Shown here: in pieces, positions 55,680-64,000 of the stretch
Layout: every line of letters starts with the position of its first letter
How positions within the stretch are numbered: the stretch's first letter is position 1
NCBI GenBank assembly: GCA_041749075.1
Contig: JBGTBY010000035.1
Coordinates: forward strand, 350,268 to 414,267
Direction of reading: 5' to 3'
Length of the DNA: 64,000 nt
Source of the DNA: Balneolales bacterium
GTDB taxonomy: Bacteria > Bacteroidota > Rhodothermia > Balneolales > HLUCCA01
Position numbers and translations under genes: made by a program
Notes under the pieces: model-generated
Database searches by the model: none
The model's input: only the letters and a program-made list of their open reading frames with translations
What the model was told of the DNA's origin: nothing

Positions 55680-57809
55680 ATGCCCCGCCACCTATTCCTG
55701 CTCCTCGCTCTATTTCTTTCCCATTGCAGCCAGCCGGTCGAGTTCAAGCGGGATAGTCCGACGGATCCTCAATCCGATACCTATTCTCCGGATAAGCCAA
55801 GAAATCTTGCATTGTCGTTCAACACGGCCAAGCTGAATCGCTTGGCTTGGCAAATCAGTGAACTATCGTTCGACAGCATACTCATCGAGCGCAAGACAAC
55901 CCTTGATGATGACTTCGTGCGCATCGCATCCATCGCGAAGAACGTTACGCAATTCGTGGATACGACGGGCTTCATGACCTCTCCGATGTCCTATCGTGTG
56001 GCGAGCGTATATCGGCGCGACGGAAAGGAATTCATCACCTACAGTGATAGCGTGGATGTTGAGTTTGGTGCCATCGGTAAACCGAATGTAACCTACAACA
56101 CGGCGAATTATCAGATCACAACGATTGTAGCAAGCGCATGGAAATCCAATTTTAAGGCTGAATACTGGGTCAAATCCCATCCCGATTCGAGTTTTCGACT
56201 TCTATCGGTTCAACCCGGCAGTGCAAGTGTGTACACGCAGACAGTACCCTTCAAGCAAGATGTCCTTCACATGGATGTCGCGGTCGTCTATGTGTTGGGC
56301 GATGACACGTACCGAATGGTAATCGACAGCACCGTTCGTACCGTTGCTGTTCACACACCCGCATCTGTGTCCATCGACCCGATGACCGAAGCCTCTGGTC
56401 GATTGAATTGGACCAATCCGTTCGATTTTCATGAAGAGATCTTGGTTCGAATCAATGATACGGAATGGGTGCTACCGAAATCCGCCACATCGCTCACCTT
56501 GCCACGATATTTCAGAAGCGGAATAGTGTACTCGGTATCGGTTCGATATCGCCGAGGGGCTGAGTTCGGAGCTGAAACCTTTTTCTCGAAAGGATTCACC
56601 ATCCAACCGCCGACTTTGACATATGACGGTCCCACTTATCCGAATGTCACCTTTCGAACAGTGAGCACGACGGCAGCGAACTCATCCTATGTACTCGGTG
56701 AATATGTTGTCTTGGAAGCGAGCCGAGACATGGGACCGTTTATCCCTCTCGACTCGGTTAAGATCACATCCACAAGTCATTCGTTCGATGTGGCGGGGAT
56801 GCTGGATTCATTGTCTACCTACTGTTTCCGTGCTCGGACTTTGACATCTGCTCCATCAGCCGTTATTTCGATTCGAAATAAACTGATGTATGGAACCCGA
56901 TCTGAGTCGCTGGTTCCGATGTTTAACAGGGTGGTTCGTTTTTCCCCATATGATGATCGATATCAAGGTTATAACGCACAGGACCAGGCCGGCATATATG
57001 ACCTTTTGAGCGGTAATCAGTTGCTCACCGTTCCAGAACCGTCTGATGAAAATAATGGATTTACAAAAAATGGACATTTCATAGCTCGTATAGGCGTGAC
57101 AGGAACGTCATCTGTTTATACGACTCTTCGCCGCTACGATGGCACAGGTTCCATACTTGGTGAATTCACAATACCAGCATACAGATATCATCTGGGACAC
57201 TATGATGATGTCATATATGTAAACACTATCAACTGGAACATTGAACGATATCACATGCCCACTGGCACAACATCAGTGCTTTCAACGGGCATGCCTCAAT
57301 ACGAAATTGCAAGTTATGCCAAGGATAACGAGCATTTGGTGGTTCAATCGGGTACACGAGTTGTCACATTCACTCATTCAGAGACTGGCAACTATGAGCT
57401 CAAATCCAATCGTATTCATGGCGAACTTTATAGAGAAGTACATGCCATTTACCTGTCAGACAATCACATCCAGTTTAAGGATGATCGCTCAAACATACAT
57501 GTCATTGAAATCGAGTCCGGTTCAGTGATGGCTTATCCTAAATACCCTTTAACTCATGCAACGCACCTATCTGGATTCGAATGGATCTTTTTTAACGATA
57601 CCTATGCGGTAATCAAAGATATCCGAATGACTGATTTTACTTTGGTATACTTCCCAGCGGTAACAGTCGAATATCGGGCTCAGGCTGCAAAAATTCGATT
57701 TAGCGATGGTAACATGGATATGTTCATCTTTAGATACTCCCGTCAACAAGAAACACATTCACACCGTCTCCTGTGGCTGATCAGACGGAATTTCTGGGTA
57801 GCTGAGTAG
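55680..57809 (+). CDS. tandem-paralog lipoprotein 1 (FN3-like repeats plus an uncharacterised C-terminal module)
   Basis: Leader MPRHLFLLLALFLSHC, then SQPVEFKRDSPTDPQSD. FN3-like segments (P.NL...N.LAW...FDSILIERK...YRVASVY). About 300 aa of beta-rich C-terminal module ending in FWVAE. Confidence 0.75.
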   Translation: MPRHLFLLLALFLSHCSQPVEFKRDSPTDPQSDTYSPDKPRNLALSFNTAKLNRLAWQISELSFDSILIERKTTLDDDFVRIASIAKNVTQFVDTTGFMTSPMSYRVASVYRRDGKEFITYSDSVDVEFGAIGKPNVTYNTANYQITTIVASAWKSNFKAEYWVKSHPDSSFRLLSVQPGSASVYTQTVPFKQDVLHMDVAVVYVLGDDTYRMVIDSTVRTVAVHTPASVSIDPMTEASGRLNWTNPFDFHEEILVRINDTEWVLPKSATSLTLPRYFRSGIVYSVSVRYRRGAEFGAETFFSKGFTIQPPTLTYDGPTYPNVTFRTVSTTAANSSYVLGEYVVLEASRDMGPFIPLDSVKITSTSHSFDVAGMLDSLSTYCFRARTLTSAPSAVISIRNKLMYGTRSESLVPMFNRVVRFSPYDDRYQGYNAQDQAGIYDLLSGNQLLTVPEPSDENNGFTKNGHFIARIGVTGTSSVYTTLRRYDGTGSILGEFTIPAYRYHLGHYDDVIYVNTINWNIERYHMPTGTTSVLSTGMPQYEIASYAKDNEHLVVQSGTRVVTFTHSETGNYELKSNRIHGELYREVHAIYLSDNHIQFKDDRSNIHVIEIESGSVMAYPKYPLTHATHLSGFEWIFFNDTYAVIKDIRMTDFTLVYFPAVTVEYRAQAAKIRFSDGNMDMFIFRYSRQQETHSHRLLWLIRRNFWVAE

Positions 57810-57810
57810 T

Positions 57811-59916
57811 ATGATGCCCCGCCACCTATTCCTGCTCCTCGCACTACTTCTTACCCAATGCAGCCAGCCCGTCGAGTTCAAGCGGGATAGTCCGACGGAT
57901 CCTCAATCCGACAAGTATGCTCCTTCAAAGCCACGCAATTTCGTTTTATCGTTCGATACCAACAAGAGGAACAGGCTTGCTTGGCGGGTGAACGAGTTCA
58001 CGTTCGACAGCATTCTCATCGAGCGGAAAACCACCCGTGAGAATGAGTTCATCCGGTTGGCCACCATCCCGAAGAATCTTGCTTCGTATGTGGACACGTC
58101 CGGTTTCATGACCTATCCCATGTCGTATCGTGTAGGAAGTCTGTACCGTCGTGATGGGAAGGATTTCATCACGTACAGCGATACGCTCAGTGTCGATTTC
58201 GGGACCATCGGAAAACCGGAGGTGTTTTACCACCTGACCAATTTCGCGCTGACATCACGAGTCTTCAGCACGTGGAAAGCGAATTTCAAGACGGAGTACT
58301 GGGTCAAATCCCATCCCGATTCGAGTTTTCGTCGCATATCCATTCAAAACGGAACCACAGGTTTCTATTCGCAGAGCATCCCTTTCCGTCAGGGTTTATA
58401 TGGCATAGACGTAGCGGTGGTGTATTTGATGGGGAATGATGATTTCAGAGCGATCATCGACAGCACCGTAACCCCATTGACCATCGCCTATCCGCTTGCG
58501 TTGGGTGTGGATCCGATGAATGAGGCCTCCGGTCAAGTGAATTGGGTGAATCCTGTAGATTCGTACGACGACATTTTGGTTCGGATCAACAACGATGAAT
58601 GGGTGATGCCGCCATCCGCCACATCGCTCACCTTGCCACGCTATTTCAAAAGCGGGATTCCCTATGAGATTACGGTGCGATACCGTGTGGGTAGCACGCT
58701 TTTTTCGGGATCTACCATCATCAAAGAATACATCATCCCACCACCAACGCTCAGCTACGGATTGCCGGCCGAATCAACGATCCGATTAGAAGCGAACAGC
58801 ATCAGCGATTTGGGGGAATTCATCGTGTTGGAAGAGAGTCAGAACATGGGTCCGTTCACGACTGTTGATTCGGTCCTCATCGAATCGTCAACACACTCGT
58901 TTGATGTGACCGATCTCGACACGTTGTCCACGTATCGGTTCCGCGCACGGACGTCGACCTCCCAACCCTCCGCGGTCATCGATGTGAGTCGTGGGGTGTC
59001 GTACGCATTGAGACCATGGGATAGTGGAACCCAATCAAACCGTTTGGCTGTTTTTTCGGATATCGACGACCGATACCTCGGCTACGATGCGAGCAATTCC
59101 ATGGGAATGTATGATTTGGCCACATCCGCGCGATTGTTCACCATCCCCACCATCCCGAACACGGCCCCATCCGGATTCAGCAACGATGGACACTTCATCG
59201 CCCGACTCAGTCAAACCAGCACCACCGCCACGTTCCGCAGATACGATGCGGCGGGAACACCACTTGGTGATTTCACGATTCCTGGGTATCGGTATCATAT
59301 CGGTCGGCATGAGGATGTGATTTATATCGATCCTTTAAAAAGCACCATCGAGCGGTACCATATGCCTACGGGCGCAACGACGGTCATCATGACTGGAATT
59401 CCCGCAGGTCAGATAGGCTACTTCGGCGCGGATGAGGCCCATCTCGTGGTCAAAATCGGCACGCGGTTCATTTTGTTTTCTTATTCCGAGACGGAAGGAT
59501 ATCAGCTCGAATCGAATCGGATATTGAATGAGCTGTCGGGCATCCCCTATTCATTGCAGCTGACGTCATCACATATCATCATGGCGATCCGGAGCCAAGT
59601 TATCCATTACATCGATATGGCAAGCGGATCGGTTCAGTCATTTGACATCAGCGCGCTTCCGATGTCGTTGAATCATATTTCCGAGTATGAATGGGTCTTC
59701 TTCAATGGAGATCTGACCGTGATCAAAGATATCCGGATGTCGACCGATATCCGGATACCGTTCACACCTACATCCGGCGTTTTCAGTGCGCAAATGTCCA
59801 AAGTCCGGCATCGGAACGGGTTTGTGGACATCTTCATGTACCGGCAGTCGAACAACTCGAGCAATCCGAACCAGATCATCTGGGTACGGAAGAAAGAGTA
59901 TTGGGTGGCTGAGTAG
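57811..59916 (+). CDS. tandem-paralog lipoprotein 2
   Basis: The ATGATG start lies 1 nt after the stop of paralog 1. Same architecture, with leader MMPRHLFLLLALLLTQC. Ends in YWVAE. Confidence 0.75.
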   Translation: MMPRHLFLLLALLLTQCSQPVEFKRDSPTDPQSDKYAPSKPRNFVLSFDTNKRNRLAWRVNEFTFDSILIERKTTRENEFIRLATIPKNLASYVDTSGFMTYPMSYRVGSLYRRDGKDFITYSDTLSVDFGTIGKPEVFYHLTNFALTSRVFSTWKANFKTEYWVKSHPDSSFRRISIQNGTTGFYSQSIPFRQGLYGIDVAVVYLMGNDDFRAIIDSTVTPLTIAYPLALGVDPMNEASGQVNWVNPVDSYDDILVRINNDEWVMPPSATSLTLPRYFKSGIPYEITVRYRVGSTLFSGSTIIKEYIIPPPTLSYGLPAESTIRLEANSISDLGEFIVLEESQNMGPFTTVDSVLIESSTHSFDVTDLDTLSTYRFRARTSTSQPSAVIDVSRGVSYALRPWDSGTQSNRLAVFSDIDDRYLGYDASNSMGMYDLATSARLFTIPTIPNTAPSGFSNDGHFIARLSQTSTTATFRRYDAAGTPLGDFTIPGYRYHIGRHEDVIYIDPLKSTIERYHMPTGATTVIMTGIPAGQIGYFGADEAHLVVKIGTRFILFSYSETEGYQLESNRILNELSGIPYSLQLTSSHIIMAIRSQVIHYIDMASGSVQSFDISALPMSLNHISEYEWVFFNGDLTVIKDIRMSTDIRIPFTPTSGVFSAQMSKVRHRNGFVDIFMYRQSNNSSNPNQIIWVRKKEYWVAE

Positions 59917-59917
59917 T

Positions 59918-62050
59918 ATGATGCCCCGCCTCCTCCTTCCAATTCTGATCTTATTCGGCAGCTGCAGCCAGCCGGTCGAGTTCAAACGGGATAATCCGAC
60001 GGATCCTCAATCCAACACCTATTCGCCCGTCCAGCCCTCAAAACCGTTACTCTCGTTCGATAACGACAAGCGGAACAGGCTGGCTTGGCAGGTCAAAGAT
60101 GTCTCCTTCGACAGTTTTCTCATCGAACGAAAGACCACTCTCGATACCGGATTTGTGAGGTTGGCCGCCGTTCCGAAAAACATCACCGCATATGTGGATA
60201 CCACCGGATTTCTCACCTATCCGATGTCGTATCGAGTGGCGAGTGTGCTCCATCGTGATGGAAAGGAATTCAAGACCTATAGCTTATCAACAGATGTCCA
60301 GTTTGGCACCATCGACAAGCCGCTCATTTCATACAATGCCACCACCCGAGAGATGGGTGTGATCTTCGCAAACACCTTCAAAATTCCATTTATCGTCGAT
60401 TATTGGGTGCGTCGACCGGGACAACAAACCTACGAAAAACTGGCATCCCTACCCGGTCCCGCGACCAACGTCTTGCGCACCTTCCCCGTCGATCATGATG
60501 TGTTTCGGTTGGATGTGGCCGTTGTGTACTCATTCACTTCGAACACCCATCGAAGTCTGGTCGATAGCGTTCCGTTTGTGATGCCCCTGCATTTTCCGCG
60601 AAACGTGAATGTGACTCCGATGACTGAGGCACGTGGACGAATCGTGTGGACAAATCCATTCACTTTTCATGACGATATCATTCTGAGAGTGAACGATGAT
60701 GAATGGATCCTGCCCGACACTACGACGTCCTTGGATCTGACGCGGTATTTCAGAGCATCGATCCCTTATTCCATACGGGTGCAATACCGACATAACGGAG
60801 ATTTCAGCCAACAAACGGCGATCAGCAAAACGATGCAGATCACCGCCCCATCCATTTCCTATCTAGGCCCAGCTAATCCCGATCCCGTCATTCAAGTTTC
60901 AAGTTCCAACAGTGGTACCAGTGTTTTTAATTTTGGAGAATATTATGTGCTCGAAATGAGCCGCGATTTGGCGCCTTATATCCCTATTGATTCAGTGAAA
61001 GTAACGGCCACATCGCATCTGTTCACCGTCACCGGACTCGATACCACCTCCTCTTACATGTTCCGAGCTCGGTCGCTCACTTCCGGTCCATCTACCGCGA
61101 TTCGACTCCGATATCGATTATCCGCGAAAAATCAGACCTGGGGTGGGATTTCGAATGCGCTCAACATCCGGCACTTTTCTCCATATGATGATCTCTATAT
61201 GATGGATGGAACGAGCACGACGACGGGCATTTACAATTTTGATACCAGACAGAAAGTGTTTGATGTACCGACTCAAGGAACAGGAAAACCCAACGGTTTC
61301 ACAAACAAAGGTGGGTATGTCGCGCACATCCTTGAGGAATCTGGTCAAACCACCCTTCGGCATTACTCATCGGACGGATCCCATTCAGACGATTTCGTAA
61401 TACCAAGTACGAGCTACATGATCGGACAATTTGATGATGTGCTTTATTTGAATCCATCGCGCCGAACGATGGAACGGGTTCATCTGCCCACACAACAAAC
61501 AACCGAAGTGCAAGCTGTACCGACAGCGCCTTCTGCCCAATTTGCCCAGTCAGGAAATGACATCGTCATGTACATACAGACCCAGTTGCGGATCTACCGT
61601 TTCTCGGAGTCAGTAGGTTATGTGTTTGTCAATTCGTTCAATCTACCGGTGCATGACAGCGATTTTAGCGAACTGAGGATAACAGACACGCATATCATCC
61701 TCAGAACCAGAAAAAACTCAACCAATTACTTCCGTTATATCAATCGCAACACGGGTGGGGTGGAGCAGTTTGACCGGGTCCTTTCCAGCACCTATTACTT
61801 CGTATTTCTCAACGACTATGATTGGATGATATACTATGGCCGGGATGCCTATTTCGTCGATCTGAAAAAGAATACTCAAACTCAATTGGTCTTCACTCCT
61901 GTAGTGAACGCTACTCTAGCACATCCCCTTCATTGGGTACGATCTAGGGATGGGGAACACGATATCTATCTGTTACGAACAGTGGGTTTCAGCAATTCAA
62001 ACCCGCAATTGCTCTGGCTGACCAGGCAAAAGCTTTGGGTACAAGAATAG
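59918..62050 (+). CDS. tandem-paralog lipoprotein 3
   Basis: The ATGATG start lies 1 nt after the stop of paralog 2. The tracked ORF extends 44 codons upstream into paralog 2, which I treat as spurious. Leader MMPRLLLPILILFGSC. Ends in LWVQE. Confidence 0.75.
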   Translation: MMPRLLLPILILFGSCSQPVEFKRDNPTDPQSNTYSPVQPSKPLLSFDNDKRNRLAWQVKDVSFDSFLIERKTTLDTGFVRLAAVPKNITAYVDTTGFLTYPMSYRVASVLHRDGKEFKTYSLSTDVQFGTIDKPLISYNATTREMGVIFANTFKIPFIVDYWVRRPGQQTYEKLASLPGPATNVLRTFPVDHDVFRLDVAVVYSFTSNTHRSLVDSVPFVMPLHFPRNVNVTPMTEARGRIVWTNPFTFHDDIILRVNDDEWILPDTTTSLDLTRYFRASIPYSIRVQYRHNGDFSQQTAISKTMQITAPSISYLGPANPDPVIQVSSSNSGTSVFNFGEYYVLEMSRDLAPYIPIDSVKVTATSHLFTVTGLDTTSSYMFRARSLTSGPSTAIRLRYRLSAKNQTWGGISNALNIRHFSPYDDLYMMDGTSTTTGIYNFDTRQKVFDVPTQGTGKPNGFTNKGGYVAHILEESGQTTLRHYSSDGSHSDDFVIPSTSYMIGQFDDVLYLNPSRRTMERVHLPTQQTTEVQAVPTAPSAQFAQSGNDIVMYIQTQLRIYRFSESVGYVFVNSFNLPVHDSDFSELRITDTHIILRTRKNSTNYFRYINRNTGGVEQFDRVLSSTYYFVFLNDYDWMIYYGRDAYFVDLKKNTQTQLVFTPVVNATLAHPLHWVRSRDGEHDIYLLRTVGFSNSNPQLLWLTRQKLWVQE

Positions 62051-62052
62051 AT

Positions 62053-63354
62053 ATGATGCACCTTCACCTCCTACTCCCGTTCCTTGCAATCCTGCTTTCC
62101 CAATGCAGCCAGCCGGTTGATTTCAAGCGAGATAACCCGTTGGACCCCCAATCCGATTCCTATTCGCCAGCCCAACCGAAAAACCTCCGAATGTCGTTCA
62201 GCACCGACAATCATATCGGGTTGGCTTGGCAAGTGGTGGATTCCGTGTTCGACAGCATCCTCATTGAGAAGAAAACCATTCTCGATACTGATTTTGTGCG
62301 ATTGGCCGCGGTCGCCAAGAATGTGACACACTATGTGGATACTGCCGGTATGGTGACAGATTCGGTATCGTACCGAGTGGCAAGTCTGTACCGGCGGGAC
62401 AGAAAGGAATTCAAAAGTTATTCAAACACAGTAAAAATCTTTCCAGATTTGGCGTGGAGCAACCATGAGTGGGACGGAATTCCAATGTCGCTCAACATTA
62501 GGCACTTCTCTGAATACGATGATCTGTATCTGATGGATGATGGAGTCTACGATTACAATACCCATCAGAAATTGTTTGATGTACCGCGTCTGGTGTCGGG
62601 CAGCCCCAACGGCTTCACAAACAAAGGTGGTTTAGTAGCCCAGATCGGTGCACCGAATACCACCCTTCGGCACTATACATCGGATGGCAACCATTCCGGC
62701 GATATCATCATACCTGCAACCAGCCACATCATTGGACAGGTTGATGATGTTCTGTATTTCAATCCAACGCGGCGCACACTCGAACGGATTCATCTGCCTA
62801 CAAAAACAACAACCGTTATCGAAGCTGGACTCCCAAATGTTACTTCAGCAAGTTTCGCAATTTTTGAAAACAACATCGCCATGAAGATTCAAAATCAAAT
62901 GCACATCTACCGTTTCTCGGAAACAGAGGGATATGCATTACTGAATTCATTCGCCATCCCGTCACACATTAGTGAACAAAGAGAAATGAGGATGACGGAT
63001 ACCCACGTCATCATCCGATTAAGAAATGGTCTTTGGAATTACTTTTGGTACATCGATCGGGAATCCGGCTCCCTTGAATCGTTGAGTCAGCATTGGACCA
63101 CAATCTCTCAATATGCCTATCTCGACGGGTATGAATGGTTGGTTTACTTTGGTCGGGATGCTTATTTCGTAGATCTCAATAAATCCACCCAATTTCGAGT
63201 GGTTTTCTATCCGGAATCCACTGCGTTTAGCGCACTAAACCTGCATCGAGTGCGCTTTCATAGTGACCAACCGGAAATACTCATTTTGAGATCATCTAGT
63301 ACAAGTTCTCAGCTTGTCAAACTGACGAAGCAGTATGTGTGGGTAACGGAGTAG
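62053..63354 (+). CDS. tandem-paralog lipoprotein 4 (short form lacking the central FN3-like repeats)
   Basis: The ATGATG start lies 2 nt after the stop of paralog 3. Leader MMHLHLLLPFLAILLSQC. One FN3-like domain is joined directly to the C-terminal module, which is most similar to that of paralog 3. Ends in VWVTE. Confidence 0.75.
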   Translation: MMHLHLLLPFLAILLSQCSQPVDFKRDNPLDPQSDSYSPAQPKNLRMSFSTDNHIGLAWQVVDSVFDSILIEKKTILDTDFVRLAAVAKNVTHYVDTAGMVTDSVSYRVASLYRRDRKEFKSYSNTVKIFPDLAWSNHEWDGIPMSLNIRHFSEYDDLYLMDDGVYDYNTHQKLFDVPRLVSGSPNGFTNKGGLVAQIGAPNTTLRHYTSDGNHSGDIIIPATSHIIGQVDDVLYFNPTRRTLERIHLPTKTTTVIEAGLPNVTSASFAIFENNIAMKIQNQMHIYRFSETEGYALLNSFAIPSHISEQREMRMTDTHVIIRLRNGLWNYFWYIDRESGSLESLSQHWTTISQYAYLDGYEWLVYFGRDAYFVDLNKSTQFRVVFYPESTAFSALNLHRVRFHSDQPEILILRSSSTSSQLVKLTKQYVWVTE

Positions 63355-63458
63355 GTAGGCTGGTAGGATGGTAGGATGGTAGGAACTTGCGACACTCGAT
63401 TTATATTCCCAACTTCGCGCAAGCAGCATCATACCATCTTACTATCCTACCATCCTAC
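63354..63458. repeat. composite element, second copy: (GGTAGGMT)x4, an AT-rich core, then an inverted (ATCYTAC) array
   Basis: The left array at 63354-63385 begins within the TAG stop of paralog 4. The core again contains AGGAACTT (63381-63388) and TATATT. The right array TACCATCTTACTATCCTACCATCCTAC (63432-63458) ends exactly at the ATG at 63459. Confidence 0.85.
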
Positions 63459-64000
63459 ATGAATCTTCTCCTATCTCTATTCCTGCTTATAAGTCCAGCC
63501 GCATCCGACACGACTGCCACGGCCGATTCTTCCAAAACCGTCAAAGCCACGAAAGATCTGCCGCTTGAGCCGGGTCGCACCGTTGAATTCACTGCCACGG
63601 AAGGAACATGGATGTCGATCGACATCAGCCCTGATGGCAAAACCGTCGTGTTTGATCTGATGGGGGATTTGTACACGGTTCCTTTCACAGGCGGAACCGC
63701 GACCCGCATCACCGAAGGATTGGCGATGGATACCCATCCGCGCTACAGTCCGGATGGAAAACGCATCCTGTTCACATCCGACCGCAGCGGCAATGAAAAC
63801 CTGTGGATCAAGGATCTGGATAGTGATGAGTACACGCAGCTCACAAAGAGCACGAATGAGAATTTCCCATCGGCGGAATGGACACCCGATGGCGAGTATG
63901 TGATCGGCGCGAAAGGCCGTCGCATCCCTAAATTATGGCTCTACCACCGCACAGGTGGCGCTGGCGCACAGCTCACCAAAGGTGCCGATAGTTGGAAGAC
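63459..64000 (+). CDS. secreted TolB-like beta-propeller (PD40 repeat) protein, probably the N-terminal part of a propeller-amidohydrolase fusion (runs off the window end)
   Basis: Not in the ORF track because it is edge-truncated. Translation reads MNLLLSLFLLISPAAS...ISPDGKTVVFDLMGDLY...HPRYSPDGKRILFTSDRSGNENLW. These are PD40/WD40-like repeats of the kind seen at the N-terminus of large amidohydrolases. Confidence 0.6.
   Translation, partial: MNLLLSLFLLISPAASDTTATADSSKTVKATKDLPLEPGRTVEFTATEGTWMSIDISPDGKTVVFDLMGDLYTVPFTGGTATRITEGLAMDTHPRYSPDGKRILFTSDRSGNENLWIKDLDSDEYTQLTKSTNENFPSAEWTPDGEYVIGAKGRRIPKLWLYHRTGGAGAQLTKGADSWK

Noticed and set aside
59786-59917. 44-codon upstream extension of paralog 3, overlapping the end of paralog 2. 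A similar 6-codon extension of paralog 4 lies at 62035-62052.
   Set aside because: All paralogs share the ATGATG start and leader sequence immediately after the previous stop. The extensions have no counterpart in the other copies.

Overview
Chromosomal segment of a bacterium, probably FCB group and Balneolales/Rhodothermia-like. That placement is an inference from BshC, a T9SS-type C-terminal sorting domain, PorV-like barrels and a nuoA-H set that includes nuoE/F/G. Most of the window is tightly packed housekeeping. It holds hflKC, anmK, a threonine-synthase-like fusion and two amidohydrolases. One unbroken minus-strand chain runs trpE-trpS-trpG-D-C-F-B-A, a DUF4837-like gene, then bioF-bioH-like-bioC-D-A, with bioB convergent. 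This chain is headed by a classical Trp attenuator whose leader peptide carries WWW. The window also holds pssA-psd-rseP-dxr-pgeF-aroE, an SRPBCC/OMP/MMPL module, tmk, MTHFS-bshC and nuoA-H. Three parts look accessory. (1) An AT-rich island (about 38990-43223) has no recognisable mobility gene. It carries a FISUMP lipoprotein and a co-directional cassette of orphan genes led by a Zn-ribbon/NDT-like Rossmann protein. This is my best candidate for an undescribed conflict or defence system. (2) After nuoH lies a surface-protein block: an Ig-repeat/FIMAH lipoprotein followed by four back-to-back paralogous FN3 lipoprotein genes with mosaic patches of nucleotide identity. (3) A family of short-period (7-8 bp) tandem repeats sits in inverted pairs around AT-rich cores. 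The repeats abut stop and start codons. Two copies bracket the four-paralog array, and a third runs into the signal-peptide codons of an amidohydrolase. No rRNA, tRNA, CRISPR array, transposase or integrase was recognised. All functional calls rest on motif-level reading of the translations; no database search was run.
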